This document shows positions 1 to 8,713 of a DNA stretch of 20,000 nucleotides, one piece after another (positions within the stretch are counted from its first letter, which is position 1; each line of letters starts with the position of its first letter). The stretch lies in IMG/VR virus record IMGVR_UViG_3300007734_000752. One strand, written 5' to 3'. A program made the translations under genes and the position numbers. The stretch is from an uncultured virus (IMG/VR IMGVR_UViG_3300007734_000752). Its lineage: Duplodnaviria; Heunggongvirae; Uroviricota; Caudoviricetes. Under the pieces are notes generated by a model. The model did not search any database and was not told the origin of the DNA. It was given only the letters and a program-made list of their open reading frames with translations.

Positions 1-2
1 AT

Positions 3-800
3 GCTGAAGGTAGCCCTTTCCTAAGACAAGACTCATACAAAAACGAGATTGGGTGTGCTGATGGAAATAGTGTGGTGCAATACCAACAAAGTGTTATTTA
101 TGTTGGCAAATCAAAAACCTATGGAAAGTCTGTATATAAACTAGATGGGTTTACTCCTGAAAAGATTTCAGACCAATACATAGAGAAGTATCTTAACGCT
201 GACACTGATACTGAGATTCAAGCATTTGCTTTTAGGATAGCTGGTCACACATTTTATGTGATGACTTTGCCTAATCTAGATAAAACTTTTGTTTATGATA
301 CAGACCAAAAAATCTGGTATGAGTGGACTTCATACTATAGTGGAGCTGAACATGCGTATAAAGTGTGGACAGCAACTGAATTCTTTGTGGGAACCTATGG
401 AGTAGATTCAACTAGTGGCGCTCTATATAAAGTAGACACTAATACCTACTCAGATAATTCACAGCCCATTTATTGGCGAGTTGTTACTAATAACTTAGAT
501 GCTGGAACTAGACACAGAAAGTTTTTTGAATCTGGAGAAGTAATTGGCGATAAGGTAAGTGGGACAATGAGTGTTAACTTTTCTGCTAATGACTACAACA
601 ACTTCTCTGCGGTTAGATCAATAGCTTTGAATGACCCCAGAAGTATTATTTGGCAGTTAGGTCAGTCTAGGTATAGGGCGTATCAGTTTTTAGTTACAGC
701 AGACATACCACTACGTTTATCTGACTTTGAAATGTCTGTACAAGCTGGCGAACAAGCCTCTGATCCTCAACTAGAAGCTGTAGCTGCTCAACAAAGTTAA
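3..800 (+). CDS. Tail hub / packaged-DNA stabilization protein (P22 gp10-like), C-terminal part; 5' end lies outside the window
   Basis: The frame is open from nt 3 (AEGSPFLRQDSYKNEIGCADGNSVVQY...), so the ORF-track start at 72 is not the real start. Motifs IGCAxxxSV, GHTFYVMTLP, TFVYD...WYEW and WxLGxSR are typical of gp10-like beta-propeller proteins; it lies directly before a GNAT and ejection genes. Confidence 0.8.
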   Translation, partial: AEGSPFLRQDSYKNEIGCADGNSVVQYQQSVIYVGKSKTYGKSVYKLDGFTPEKISDQYIEKYLNADTDTEIQAFAFRIAGHTFYVMTLPNLDKTFVYDTDQKIWYEWTSYYSGAEHAYKVWTATEFFVGTYGVDSTSGALYKVDTNTYSDNSQPIYWRVVTNNLDAGTRHRKFFESGEVIGDKVSGTMSVNFSANDYNNFSAVRSIALNDPRSIIWQLGQSRYRAYQFLVTADIPLRLSDFEMSVQAGEQASDPQLEAVAAQQS

Positions 801-802
801 CT

Positions 803-1261
803 ATGACTATTACTTATGCTAAAGAAACTTATGCAGATATTATTGAAGACATAAAACCTTTGTTAGAAACCCATTGGCAAGAAGTAGCCAACTATAAAGA
901 CAAAGTGCCTTTAAAGCCCGACTTCAGTAAATATCAACTATTAGAAAAAAATAAAGCTTTAGTTATAGTGGCTTGTAGAGATAAAGAAAAACTTATTGGA
1001 TATTCAATATTTTTTCTTAGTAGGCATCTGCACTACACTACTTGTCTAGTAGCCAGTAACGACGTATTGTTTCTTACTAAAGCATTTCGTAAGGGCAGAG
1101 CTGGTATTAAACTTATTCAAGAATCAGAACGACTCTTAAAAAATATGGGTGTTAATAGAGTCATTTGGCACATTAAGCCAAAAAATAATTTTAGTCCTAT
1201 TTTGATTCGTATGGGGTACATACAAGAAGAAATCATTATGGGAAAATTTTTAGGAGATTGA
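803..1261 (+). CDS. GNAT-fold acetyltransferase-like protein of the virion module
   Basis: 152 aa with an acetyl-CoA-binding-type motif (DVLFLTKAFRKGRAGIKLIQESE) and C-terminal LIRMGY; sits between tail hub and pilot protein. Confidence 0.8.
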   Translation: MTITYAKETYADIIEDIKPLLETHWQEVANYKDKVPLKPDFSKYQLLEKNKALVIVACRDKEKLIGYSIFFLSRHLHYTTCLVASNDVLFLTKAFRKGRAGIKLIQESERLLKNMGVNRVIWHIKPKNNFSPILIRMGYIQEEIIMGKFLGD

Positions 1262-1262
1262 C

Positions 1263-2303
1263 ATGGCGATTTCAGCCGCTGCTACTGTTTTTGAAGTTAT
1301 AGGCGAAACATTTATTGCTGAAGCATTTATTGCTGATGCTGCTACTGGCCTAGTTATGGATGCAGCTACTGGGGCACTTGTAGAAGGCCTTGCTGTTGAT
1401 GCAGCTACTGGAGCAATAGTAGATGCTGCTACAGGAGCAGTAATAGATGCTACTACTGGAGCAGTTGCAGAGGCCGCAGTAACCGCAGGCGTAGAAAGTG
1501 CGCTGCCTGCCGACATTAACGACTTTACATCTAAGTGGTATGAAAGTGCTTTTCCTAAGAGTTCTAATTTGGTTGCTGATCCGGCTTCTGAATGGACGTT
1601 TGATAAATTTACAAAGGGAATAACAGACAATCCCATTAGATCTGCCTTATCTGCTGGGCAGATATTGAGTGGAATCTCTACTGCTAATAAGGCTATGTCT
1701 CCAGAGCAAGCTAGAGCTATGGCTGATCCCTTTTCATCTTCTAGACAACAGTATGTAAACCAACTTAATGCTGTAATGGCTAATCCTTCTTTAGCTATGT
1801 CCCAACCTGGGTATCAGTTCCAACGGCAACAAGGCGAACAAGCAATAGACAGAAAGTTAGCAGCTAGGGGTATGGGATCATATACCCCCGATGGTAGAGG
1901 CTCTGCTTCTGGTGGTGCTGATATTGCCCGCATGAAGTATGGACAAGAGTATGCCTTAGGCTCATACAATGACTATGTTAAGCAGTTGTCTGGGCTAGCT
2001 GGGGCTACTCAAGCTCCTGGTGTAGGTGGTCAAGCAGCTCTAAGTGCTCAAGCTGCTGCTGCTAAGGCCGCAACAGAGGGATGGAGCGCTATTAATCAGG
2101 GCATAGGCACTATGGACAAAATTATGAAAGTCGCCCCAACTGCCCCAAATAATTCTGGTTGGAGTACTCCAGCTACTCCTGGATTTCAAGGAGCATTTCC
2201 TGGTGGTGTGCCTTGGTCAGATATGCCTGCTTATAGTGGCAGTGTTCCTAATAACACCATTAGTGACAGTGGAGGTTGGTCTTTACAAGAATTTGGTTTC
2301 TGA
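1263..2303 (+). CDS. DNA ejection / pilot protein (P22 gp7-like), cassette 1
   Basis: 346 aa, Ala/Gly-rich, motif PGYQFQRQQGEQAIDRKLAARGMG...SGGA...YGQEYA; AGGAG RBS at about 1252-1256; follows the GNAT gene. Confidence 0.7.
   Translation: MAISAAATVFEVIGETFIAEAFIADAATGLVMDAATGALVEGLAVDAATGAIVDAATGAVIDATTGAVAEAAVTAGVESALPADINDFTSKWYESAFPKSSNLVADPASEWTFDKFTKGITDNPIRSALSAGQILSGISTANKAMSPEQARAMADPFSSSRQQYVNQLNAVMANPSLAMSQPGYQFQRQQGEQAIDRKLAARGMGSYTPDGRGSASGGADIARMKYGQEYALGSYNDYVKQLSGLAGATQAPGVGGQAALSAQAAAAKAATEGWSAINQGIGTMDKIMKVAPTAPNNSGWSTPATPGFQGAFPGGVPWSDMPAYSGSVPNNTISDSGGWSLQEFGF
1335..1466 (+). repeat. Five in-frame DAATG/DATTG peptide repeats in the pilot protein N-terminus
   Basis: DAATGLVM-DAATGALVEGLAV-DAATGAIV-DAATGAVI-DATTGAV; nucleotide unit gatgc(t/a)gctac(t/a)gg. 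Confidence 0.85.
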
Positions 2304-2333
2304 GGCGCAACCTAATTTAAAGGAATTACTACT

Positions 2334-3602
2334 ATGCCAATGTTAATGACAGAGATTGAGCAAGGACAAAAAGCTGCCCTCAATCTAGATCTAAATCCCT
2401 ATCGTGCTCAAGCAGAGTTAGAGCGCATACCTCTTGAAACACAGAAATTACAACAAACTCTTGAGACTGGAAAGACTACTCAAGCAACTGCTGCTTTACA
2501 GTTAAGAGCACTCTTAAGTGAAGAGCAAAGTAACACTCAGTTTAAGACTGCTGTAGAGCAAATGGTTAAGTCTGGCGGGCTTGATAGTACACGACCCATT
2601 TCTGAGCAAGCCTTAAAACTATCTCAGATTGCTTACGGGCAAGGTAACTTTGATTTGGGCAGGAAATTTAGTGCTGATGGTGAAAGAGCAACTCAGCATG
2701 AAGCACAAGCTGAAGTTAATACTTATAAGATAGGACAAAGAAAGTTAGAAACTTTGGGCACTCTTTTAAAAACTCTAGCTCCTGATGGTAGTGATTTAGA
2801 TTCTGCTATAAATAGTGGAATTAAATTAAAGTTGCTGCCCCCGGAACAACTTGAAAGTTTTAGAGAACAAGGTAAACAAGCTATTGCTATTAGCCCAGCA
2901 GCCTATACTGCTTGGCAAGCTGGTCTAACTAAAAAATTAAGAACACACGAACAAGAAAAAATAGCTGTTGAAGAAGCAAAATTAGCTGCAAAAATCATTG
3001 AAGATGAAAAAAAAGATAAGTTAAATACCCGTAGATTTGAAGCTCTACTTAGTCAACGAGGTGCTGCTCGAACTAGCGGAGATGATAGAGCAGCAGTACG
3101 CTTAGATACAAACATGTTAGCAAGTGCTCGTAGGCAACTAGAATACATTACTGACGACATTAGGGACGTAGATCGTGAGCTAGCAAAACTTCCCCCTAAA
3201 CCTACTACAACTGAATGGCTTAGTAGCAAAGTAGTAGCCGACCCCAATGCTGAGGCTAGAAAAGAGCTGCTTGACAGAAAAACTATACTTAAAGAGCGAC
3301 AAGAAAAATACGCAAAAGAAGAAGCAGAAGCTCTTAAGAACTTACGTAAAGATGGTGGTAAAGACAAAACTTCAGAACCAAAAACAAACGATGCGCCTCC
3401 TGCTTCCTTTACGCCAGAAGGCAGAAATACTTTTGATACTCGTCCCGCTTCTCCTAATGTAGCAGCACCTACTGCTCCTGCTACTTCTGGGTTAATACGT
3501 CCTGCCGATGTGCCTAGAGATTGGGTAGTACGACAAGACGGTAAGGGAAACAGAGCTTGGGTAAGTCCTGATGGCAAACAATTTAAAGAGATAACAAGAT
3601 AA
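2334..3602 (+). CDS. DNA ejection protein (P22 gp20-like position), cassette 1
   Basis: 422 aa, helical/coiled-coil Q/E/K/A-rich, Pro-rich linker, then a compact C-terminal motif DGKGNRAWVSPDGKQF; AAGGA RBS upstream; TAATG overlap with the next gene. Confidence 0.6.
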   Translation: MPMLMTEIEQGQKAALNLDLNPYRAQAELERIPLETQKLQQTLETGKTTQATAALQLRALLSEEQSNTQFKTAVEQMVKSGGLDSTRPISEQALKLSQIAYGQGNFDLGRKFSADGERATQHEAQAEVNTYKIGQRKLETLGTLLKTLAPDGSDLDSAINSGIKLKLLPPEQLESFREQGKQAIAISPAAYTAWQAGLTKKLRTHEQEKIAVEEAKLAAKIIEDEKKDKLNTRRFEALLSQRGAARTSGDDRAAVRLDTNMLASARRQLEYITDDIRDVDRELAKLPPKPTTTEWLSSKVVADPNAEARKELLDRKTILKERQEKYAKEEAEALKNLRKDGGKDKTSEPKTNDAPPASFTPEGRNTFDTRPASPNVAAPTAPATSGLIRPADVPRDWVVRQDGKGNRAWVSPDGKQFKEITR

Positions 3603-6600
3603 TGGCCTTTGATCTCTCTACTGCTAGGCCCATTGATGAATCTCGCCCTAGTAGCGCGGGGGGATTTGATCTATCTACTGCTCGTCCTATAGACGACCCT
3701 ACTGTTACTAGTAACACAGACGCAGGAGCTTTATCTGCTTTTGGAAGTGGTGCTGCTACTGGAGTTGTCCCTGGGCTAACTGGTTTAGCTGGATTTGGTG
3801 CTGGGATGAAAGCCTCTGCCCCCTACGCACTGAGGGCTGCTGCTGCGTTTCCTGTACCACATCCACTAGCTAAAGCTGCTGTTGGTGGTGGAGTAGCTCT
3901 TCTTGGTGGGTTTGCTGGTGCAGGAATAGGCGGCGGTGTAGCTTCTATAGCACAAGACATGCTTTACAAGATTGTAGATCCAGAAGGATACGCTAAAAAC
4001 AAGCTTGCTCAAGCACAACATCCTACTGCCTATGGAATAGGTAACATAGTAGGCAGCTCTGTAGGTATGAGTCCTAAAGCTCTACCTGAAATAGCGGGCA
4101 AAGTCTTTACTAAGCCTGTAGTTCAACGTGGAGTTAGTGCTGGACTAGGTGGTGGAATAAACGTAGCACAACAAGCTATGACTAAAGACCACATAGATTG
4201 GACAGAAGCCGCTGCTGCTACTGCTGTTGGTGCTGCTCTTCCAGGGTTTAATCCTTTAGGTAGTGCAGCTTTTCGTGCTGGAGAACGGCTTGTTCCTGGG
4301 AGTCGTCAACCTGTTGAGATGGGTATTGGGCCTAGAGACCCTGAGCCTGAAGTAGCTTCACCAGGTATTACTCCTAAGCCACCAGAGCCTCCTGCCCCCA
4401 CTAGGACAGAGGCGACTGGTCGTATTGACGCTAATCTACGTGAGGCAGAACTATCTACAGATCCAGGTAAGAGGCTTAAAGAAGCTGCTTTTAAAGATAC
4501 TGGTAACAATGACACCATTATTCCCCAAGGAAAAGGTCATGATGATTTTCTTAAAACAGATCCTAGGTTAGAACGAGGCTACTTAACAGAAGACAATACT
4601 TTTGTTACTCCCCAAGAAGCTAAGATTATTGCTGAGAACCAGCACTCTGATTTGCTTACAAAGGGCGTTGATCCTAAAGAAGGATTTCATTCTACTGACT
4701 TTGGCCCTGAGCGCATGGATGCGCTTAAGCCCAAAGAAGAATCTAAGTCTGTTGCCCAAGAACTAGGAATACGTAACGACAGCAGAAGTAATTTCTTTGA
4801 AGACGTAGAAAACTACAAACTTAGCCTATTAGACAAAGAGCAAAAGCTGGATAGTGCTGCTGCTTCTATGTCTCAAGAAGATCTTATTGCTGCCAATAGT
4901 GCTCTAGCTGCTGAGAAAACAAAACTAGCTGAAGCTAGCAAAGAAGTTCCAGAACTAATAATTAAAGACAAACAAAAAGCTACTTGGCAAGAAACTCATG
5001 ATGTTTTAGCAGGAGCTAAAACTATTGGTGAGGGTATAGATCGTTTGCTAAAAGAAGGAGTTGGCAGCAAGACTGTCCAACTAACGCTTAGGGTTTTAGG
5101 GCAATCAAAGTATATCCGTGATGCAGATCTTTCTATAAGCAGTGAAGCCAAACTTATAGATGGAAGACCTGCTCTTGGTCAATACATCAGCGGAGGAGCC
5201 AGTAAATCTCATGAAACTCGGCTATATGAAGGTGGCGGGCTAGGTACTTTTATTCATGAAGCAGTTCATGCTGGAGCACAACGTCTTCTTTATAACAAAA
5301 CATCTGAGGCTGCAAAAGAACTAATTAAAATATTTAAAAAGTTTGAAGATATTGGAGAAGGTGAATACCAAACTGCACTAAAACAACACCTTATAGATAA
5401 TCCTAATGCTACGCCTTTTGAATTAAACGAGTTTAGTTATAAAAATAGGCGCTACGGACTAACTGATGTTCATGAATTTGTTTCTGAAGCACTAAGTAAC
5501 CATAACTTTAAACAGTTCTTGTCTGAGTTTAAATCAGACGGTTCTAATGGAGTTGCTAGTAACTTATGGAAAGACCTTAAGAACAGCATCTATGATGGTC
5601 TTGGAGTTCCTAGAAAAGATCGTACTGCATTAGATGATGTGTTAGGACACACAGAGACTCTTTTAAAAGAATCTGAAAACTTTACTAGAAGTGAGTTAGA
5701 TGGCAGAAGCTTGCCTTCTAAAGGCTCAGCTCCTTTTGAATCTATTGGTGATACGGGCATAATTAAAGAAGCTTATGCTAAATTAAAAACTTGGAGTAAA
5801 GACAGAGAACAAAAAATAATAAATAATCACACTAATGATTACGGCACTATTGTTAACGATAAAGAATTAAAATCTGATCTTGATCGACTTAAAACAGAAA
5901 GTCTTTTTGAATACAAAAGAATTAAAAACGAGTTATTAGAAAATAAAAATAGAAAATTATTTTCTGAATTAAAAGAAAACGAAGTAGTTCATTACACACC
6001 AGAAGAAAACATACCTTCTATATTAGAAGGCGGCTTAGACACAACCAAGCCCCCTAAATTTTCTTTTGGAAACGACTCCAGTGGGAAAATGGGGCCAGAA
6101 GGAACCTATTACTTTACTAAAGACATAGTACAGTGGGCATTTCACGGTAAAGAACGTACTGGAATGAGTCGTGTAAAAGCAACTTTAGAGCCTAATTTAA
6201 ATATACTAACTATAGACTCCATAGATGCTGCAAAAAAAGCTGGACTTGAGAAAGATAGCGTAAGTGACTTTATTAGTGGTGCTAAAAATAATGGTTATGA
6301 TGGTGTAAGGTTTAAGTATTCTGAAGAAGGTTGGAAATCTGATTATGAGTATAGCCAGTGGACTGGTGGCAGTGGTAAAGATGATTTTTTAATATTTAAT
6401 AAAGACTCTTTTGTTTCTAATGAAAAAGGTAATCCTAAATTAACACTAGCTTCTAGAAGTACTGACGCACCCGGTGCACCTACTTCTGCTGTAGGCCCCA
6501 AACGCTATGATCCGCGCAATGTAGTTGACGAAGCAGACCTTAAAATTAAAGGTAAAGAACTCTATGCTGCTGAAGGTGCTGATGCTGCTCGTAAATTCTT

Positions 6601-8713
6601 TACTGACTATGAAACCTATAGAGATACTTGGCTTAATCCTGTTAAAGAGGTTGAGGATTTTGTAGAGATCAACATTAATAACAAGATGGCTGATGAGAGG
6701 ATTGTTATTAATAACAGTAACGACCTCAAGGCTTTAGTACCTGATGCTGTTGCTAGGGAACAAGTTTCTATAGCTATTGATGCTAAGAATACAAAGTCTC
6801 TTACAGGTGCTGCTAAAGAAGCAGCGGATAAATATACTGGCTGGATGAAAGACATTGGAGAACGCGCTTTAAAAGAAGGGGTTGTTAAAGGACTTCTTGA
6901 GAACTACGTTACTCACATTGTTAACTGGAAAGACTTGCCCAAAGGAGCTTTGGATACATTTCTTGCTGATGTATTTGGTAAGAAGTTTGAAGGTGAACCA
7001 AGCGGCATGACGCCAGAAAGCAGGTTTGGTAAAGAACGTACTGTAGAAACCTTTCATCAATTAGATCTGGCCCTAAAATACATAAATGAACGTATAGAAG
7101 CGGCGGGTAAGTCTGACTTTAGGTTAGAAGTTAAGACTAAAGATATTGCAGAAATTTATAAACAATACGCATCTTCAATGGAGAAAGCCATTGAGAACAA
7201 GAAGCTTGTTGATAGTGTTCGTCAAATTAGAAATGTAAAGGGAGAGTCTTTAGTACGTAGAATTACTGAAGAAGACCCCCTGCCTCGTGGTTGGACAACA
7301 ATTGATGATCGACAGTTTGCTGGCTTTGCAGTACACCCTGACCTTGCTCCTGCCCTTAAGTTTGCTTTTGAAGCTAAAGGCGGGATGATCTTAAATGCTC
7401 TCTACAATGTTTCTCAAATAACTAAACGTTTAAATGTTATAGCTTCTTTGTTCCACGCAAAAAGTCTTATGGAAGTGCTTAACAGCACCCATACTCCTAT
7501 AGTTACGCCAATAAAAGAGATTGCTCTTGGTATAACTGACAAGTCACTAGGAACAGAATTATCTGGAATTAGAAAAGCAGTCAATGAGTTTAAAGAAGGT
7601 GGGTTAGGCAGTAGTGTAGACAAATGGCAACGTGGTGGGCTGGTTCTTGAAACACCTGGCGATGTTTCTAAGGGAGTGATTGCTAATGCAGGTAAGTTTG
7701 CTGACAGTATGATCTCTAAGTTTGGCCCTAAAACACACATACTAGAATCAGCACTTACTGCTACTGAGAAATACACCTTAGGCGTTTTTGATAAAGTTAC
7801 TTGGGACTACCTGCACACTGGCGGCAAGCTAATGACTGCTGAAGCCTACCTAACTAAGGCTAGAGAACAAGCAACTAAAGATGGTGTTCCTTTTGATGAA
7901 GCTGCTTCTCGTAAAGAAATAACAAGTTTCATTAATAAATCTTTTGGTGGATTAAACTGGTTTCAAGAAGCCCGTAGTGCTGAAACAGAGTTTGGCAAAC
8001 GTATGGCTATGGCTGCGTATTCTCCAGAAGGACGTAAAGCTTTACAGATAATGTTGTTTGCTCCTGACTGGACTATCTCAACAATCAAAGCCTTTACCTC
8101 AGCTCTTCCTAAGGGGTTTAATCCCACTAAATGGCACCCCATAGAGGGAGTCAAGGGGATGGGTACACCTAGTACCCAAGCTGATTACGCTAGGTTGTAT
8201 CAGTTTAAAACTGCTTTGACTTATTTGACTTTGATTAATGGCATCAATCTAATTACAGCAAACCGTCCTATTTGGGAGAACAAAGATCCAACTCGTATTG
8301 AATGGCCTGATGGAACTAGTATGCAAGCCATGAAGCACGCTATGGAACCCTATCATTGGTTAGCTGACCCAACTAAAACCTTAAGCAATAAGCTGGGATT
8401 TGTGCCCAAATCTGCTGTTATTGGGCTAACAGGTAGTGAGTATGCAAGCCCAAGTGCTCCCAAATTAGTTGATCCTTCTCTAACTAACCGCGCTATTGCT
8501 ATTGGTAAGCAAGCTTTGCCTTTCCAAATCTCTGCTGCTATGTCTGCACCAGAGGGGGAGGGAACTAAGAGAGCGTTACTAGGAACAATTGGGTTGCCTG
8601 TCTATGGGAAAACCGTAGAACAGCGTAAGATAGCTCGTAAAGAACGTTATGAAGCAGTACGTGAACAACGTGAAAAATACAGAGAACGTGAAAGAATGAG
8701 AGAAAATCAGTAA
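3602..8713 (+). CDS. Large multidomain (polyvalent-type) DNA ejection protein (gp16-like position) with HExxH metallopeptidase and ADP-ribosyltransferase-like domains
   Basis: 1703 aa. Gly/Ala-rich hydrophobic N-terminus; HEAVH at aa 552-556 with downstream HEFVSEALSN; ART-like motifs HYT...SILEGGL, GTYYFT, GYDGV, FLIFN; C-terminal helical region with FGGLNW and FAPDW. Coupled by TAATG overlaps at both ends. Confidence 0.75.
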   Translation: MAFDLSTARPIDESRPSSAGGFDLSTARPIDDPTVTSNTDAGALSAFGSGAATGVVPGLTGLAGFGAGMKASAPYALRAAAAFPVPHPLAKAAVGGGVALLGGFAGAGIGGGVASIAQDMLYKIVDPEGYAKNKLAQAQHPTAYGIGNIVGSSVGMSPKALPEIAGKVFTKPVVQRGVSAGLGGGINVAQQAMTKDHIDWTEAAAATAVGAALPGFNPLGSAAFRAGERLVPGSRQPVEMGIGPRDPEPEVASPGITPKPPEPPAPTRTEATGRIDANLREAELSTDPGKRLKEAAFKDTGNNDTIIPQGKGHDDFLKTDPRLERGYLTEDNTFVTPQEAKIIAENQHSDLLTKGVDPKEGFHSTDFGPERMDALKPKEESKSVAQELGIRNDSRSNFFEDVENYKLSLLDKEQKLDSAAASMSQEDLIAANSALAAEKTKLAEASKEVPELIIKDKQKATWQETHDVLAGAKTIGEGIDRLLKEGVGSKTVQLTLRVLGQSKYIRDADLSISSEAKLIDGRPALGQYISGGASKSHETRLYEGGGLGTFIHEAVHAGAQRLLYNKTSEAAKELIKIFKKFEDIGEGEYQTALKQHLIDNPNATPFELNEFSYKNRRYGLTDVHEFVSEALSNHNFKQFLSEFKSDGSNGVASNLWKDLKNSIYDGLGVPRKDRTALDDVLGHTETLLKESENFTRSELDGRSLPSKGSAPFESIGDTGIIKEAYAKLKTWSKDREQKIINNHTNDYGTIVNDKELKSDLDRLKTESLFEYKRIKNELLENKNRKLFSELKENEVVHYTPEENIPSILEGGLDTTKPPKFSFGNDSSGKMGPEGTYYFTKDIVQWAFHGKERTGMSRVKATLEPNLNILTIDSIDAAKKAGLEKDSVSDFISGAKNNGYDGVRFKYSEEGWKSDYEYSQWTGGSGKDDFLIFNKDSFVSNEKGNPKLTLASRSTDAPGAPTSAVGPKRYDPRNVVDEADLKIKGKELYAAEGADAARKFFTDYETYRDTWLNPVKEVEDFVEININNKMADERIVINNSNDLKALVPDAVAREQVSIAIDAKNTKSLTGAAKEAADKYTGWMKDIGERALKEGVVKGLLENYVTHIVNWKDLPKGALDTFLADVFGKKFEGEPSGMTPESRFGKERTVETFHQLDLALKYINERIEAAGKSDFRLEVKTKDIAEIYKQYASSMEKAIENKKLVDSVRQIRNVKGESLVRRITEEDPLPRGWTTIDDRQFAGFAVHPDLAPALKFAFEAKGGMILNALYNVSQITKRLNVIASLFHAKSLMEVLNSTHTPIVTPIKEIALGITDKSLGTELSGIRKAVNEFKEGGLGSSVDKWQRGGLVLETPGDVSKGVIANAGKFADSMISKFGPKTHILESALTATEKYTLGVFDKVTWDYLHTGGKLMTAEAYLTKAREQATKDGVPFDEAASRKEITSFINKSFGGLNWFQEARSAETEFGKRMAMAAYSPEGRKALQIMLFAPDWTISTIKAFTSALPKGFNPTKWHPIEGVKGMGTPSTQADYARLYQFKTALTYLTLINGINLITANRPIWENKDPTRIEWPDGTSMQAMKHAMEPYHWLADPTKTLSNKLGFVPKSAVIGLTGSEYASPSAPKLVDPSLTNRAIAIGKQALPFQISAAMSAPEGEGTKRALLGTIGLPVYGKTVEQRKIARKERYEAVREQREKYRERERMRENQ
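3608..3694 (+). repeat. Duplicated N-terminal decapeptide FDLSTARPID
   Basis: Copies at 3608-3637 and 3665-3694 are identical in protein and differ at several synonymous positions. Confidence 0.9.

Noticed and set aside
72..74. GTG start for the first gene
   Set aside because: The frame is open to the window edge and the upstream residues (IGCA..SV) look like part of the gp10-like protein.
1335..1466. CRISPR-like array
   Set aside because: The repeats are short, degenerate at wobble positions, in frame within a CDS, and lack spacer-sized unique sequences.
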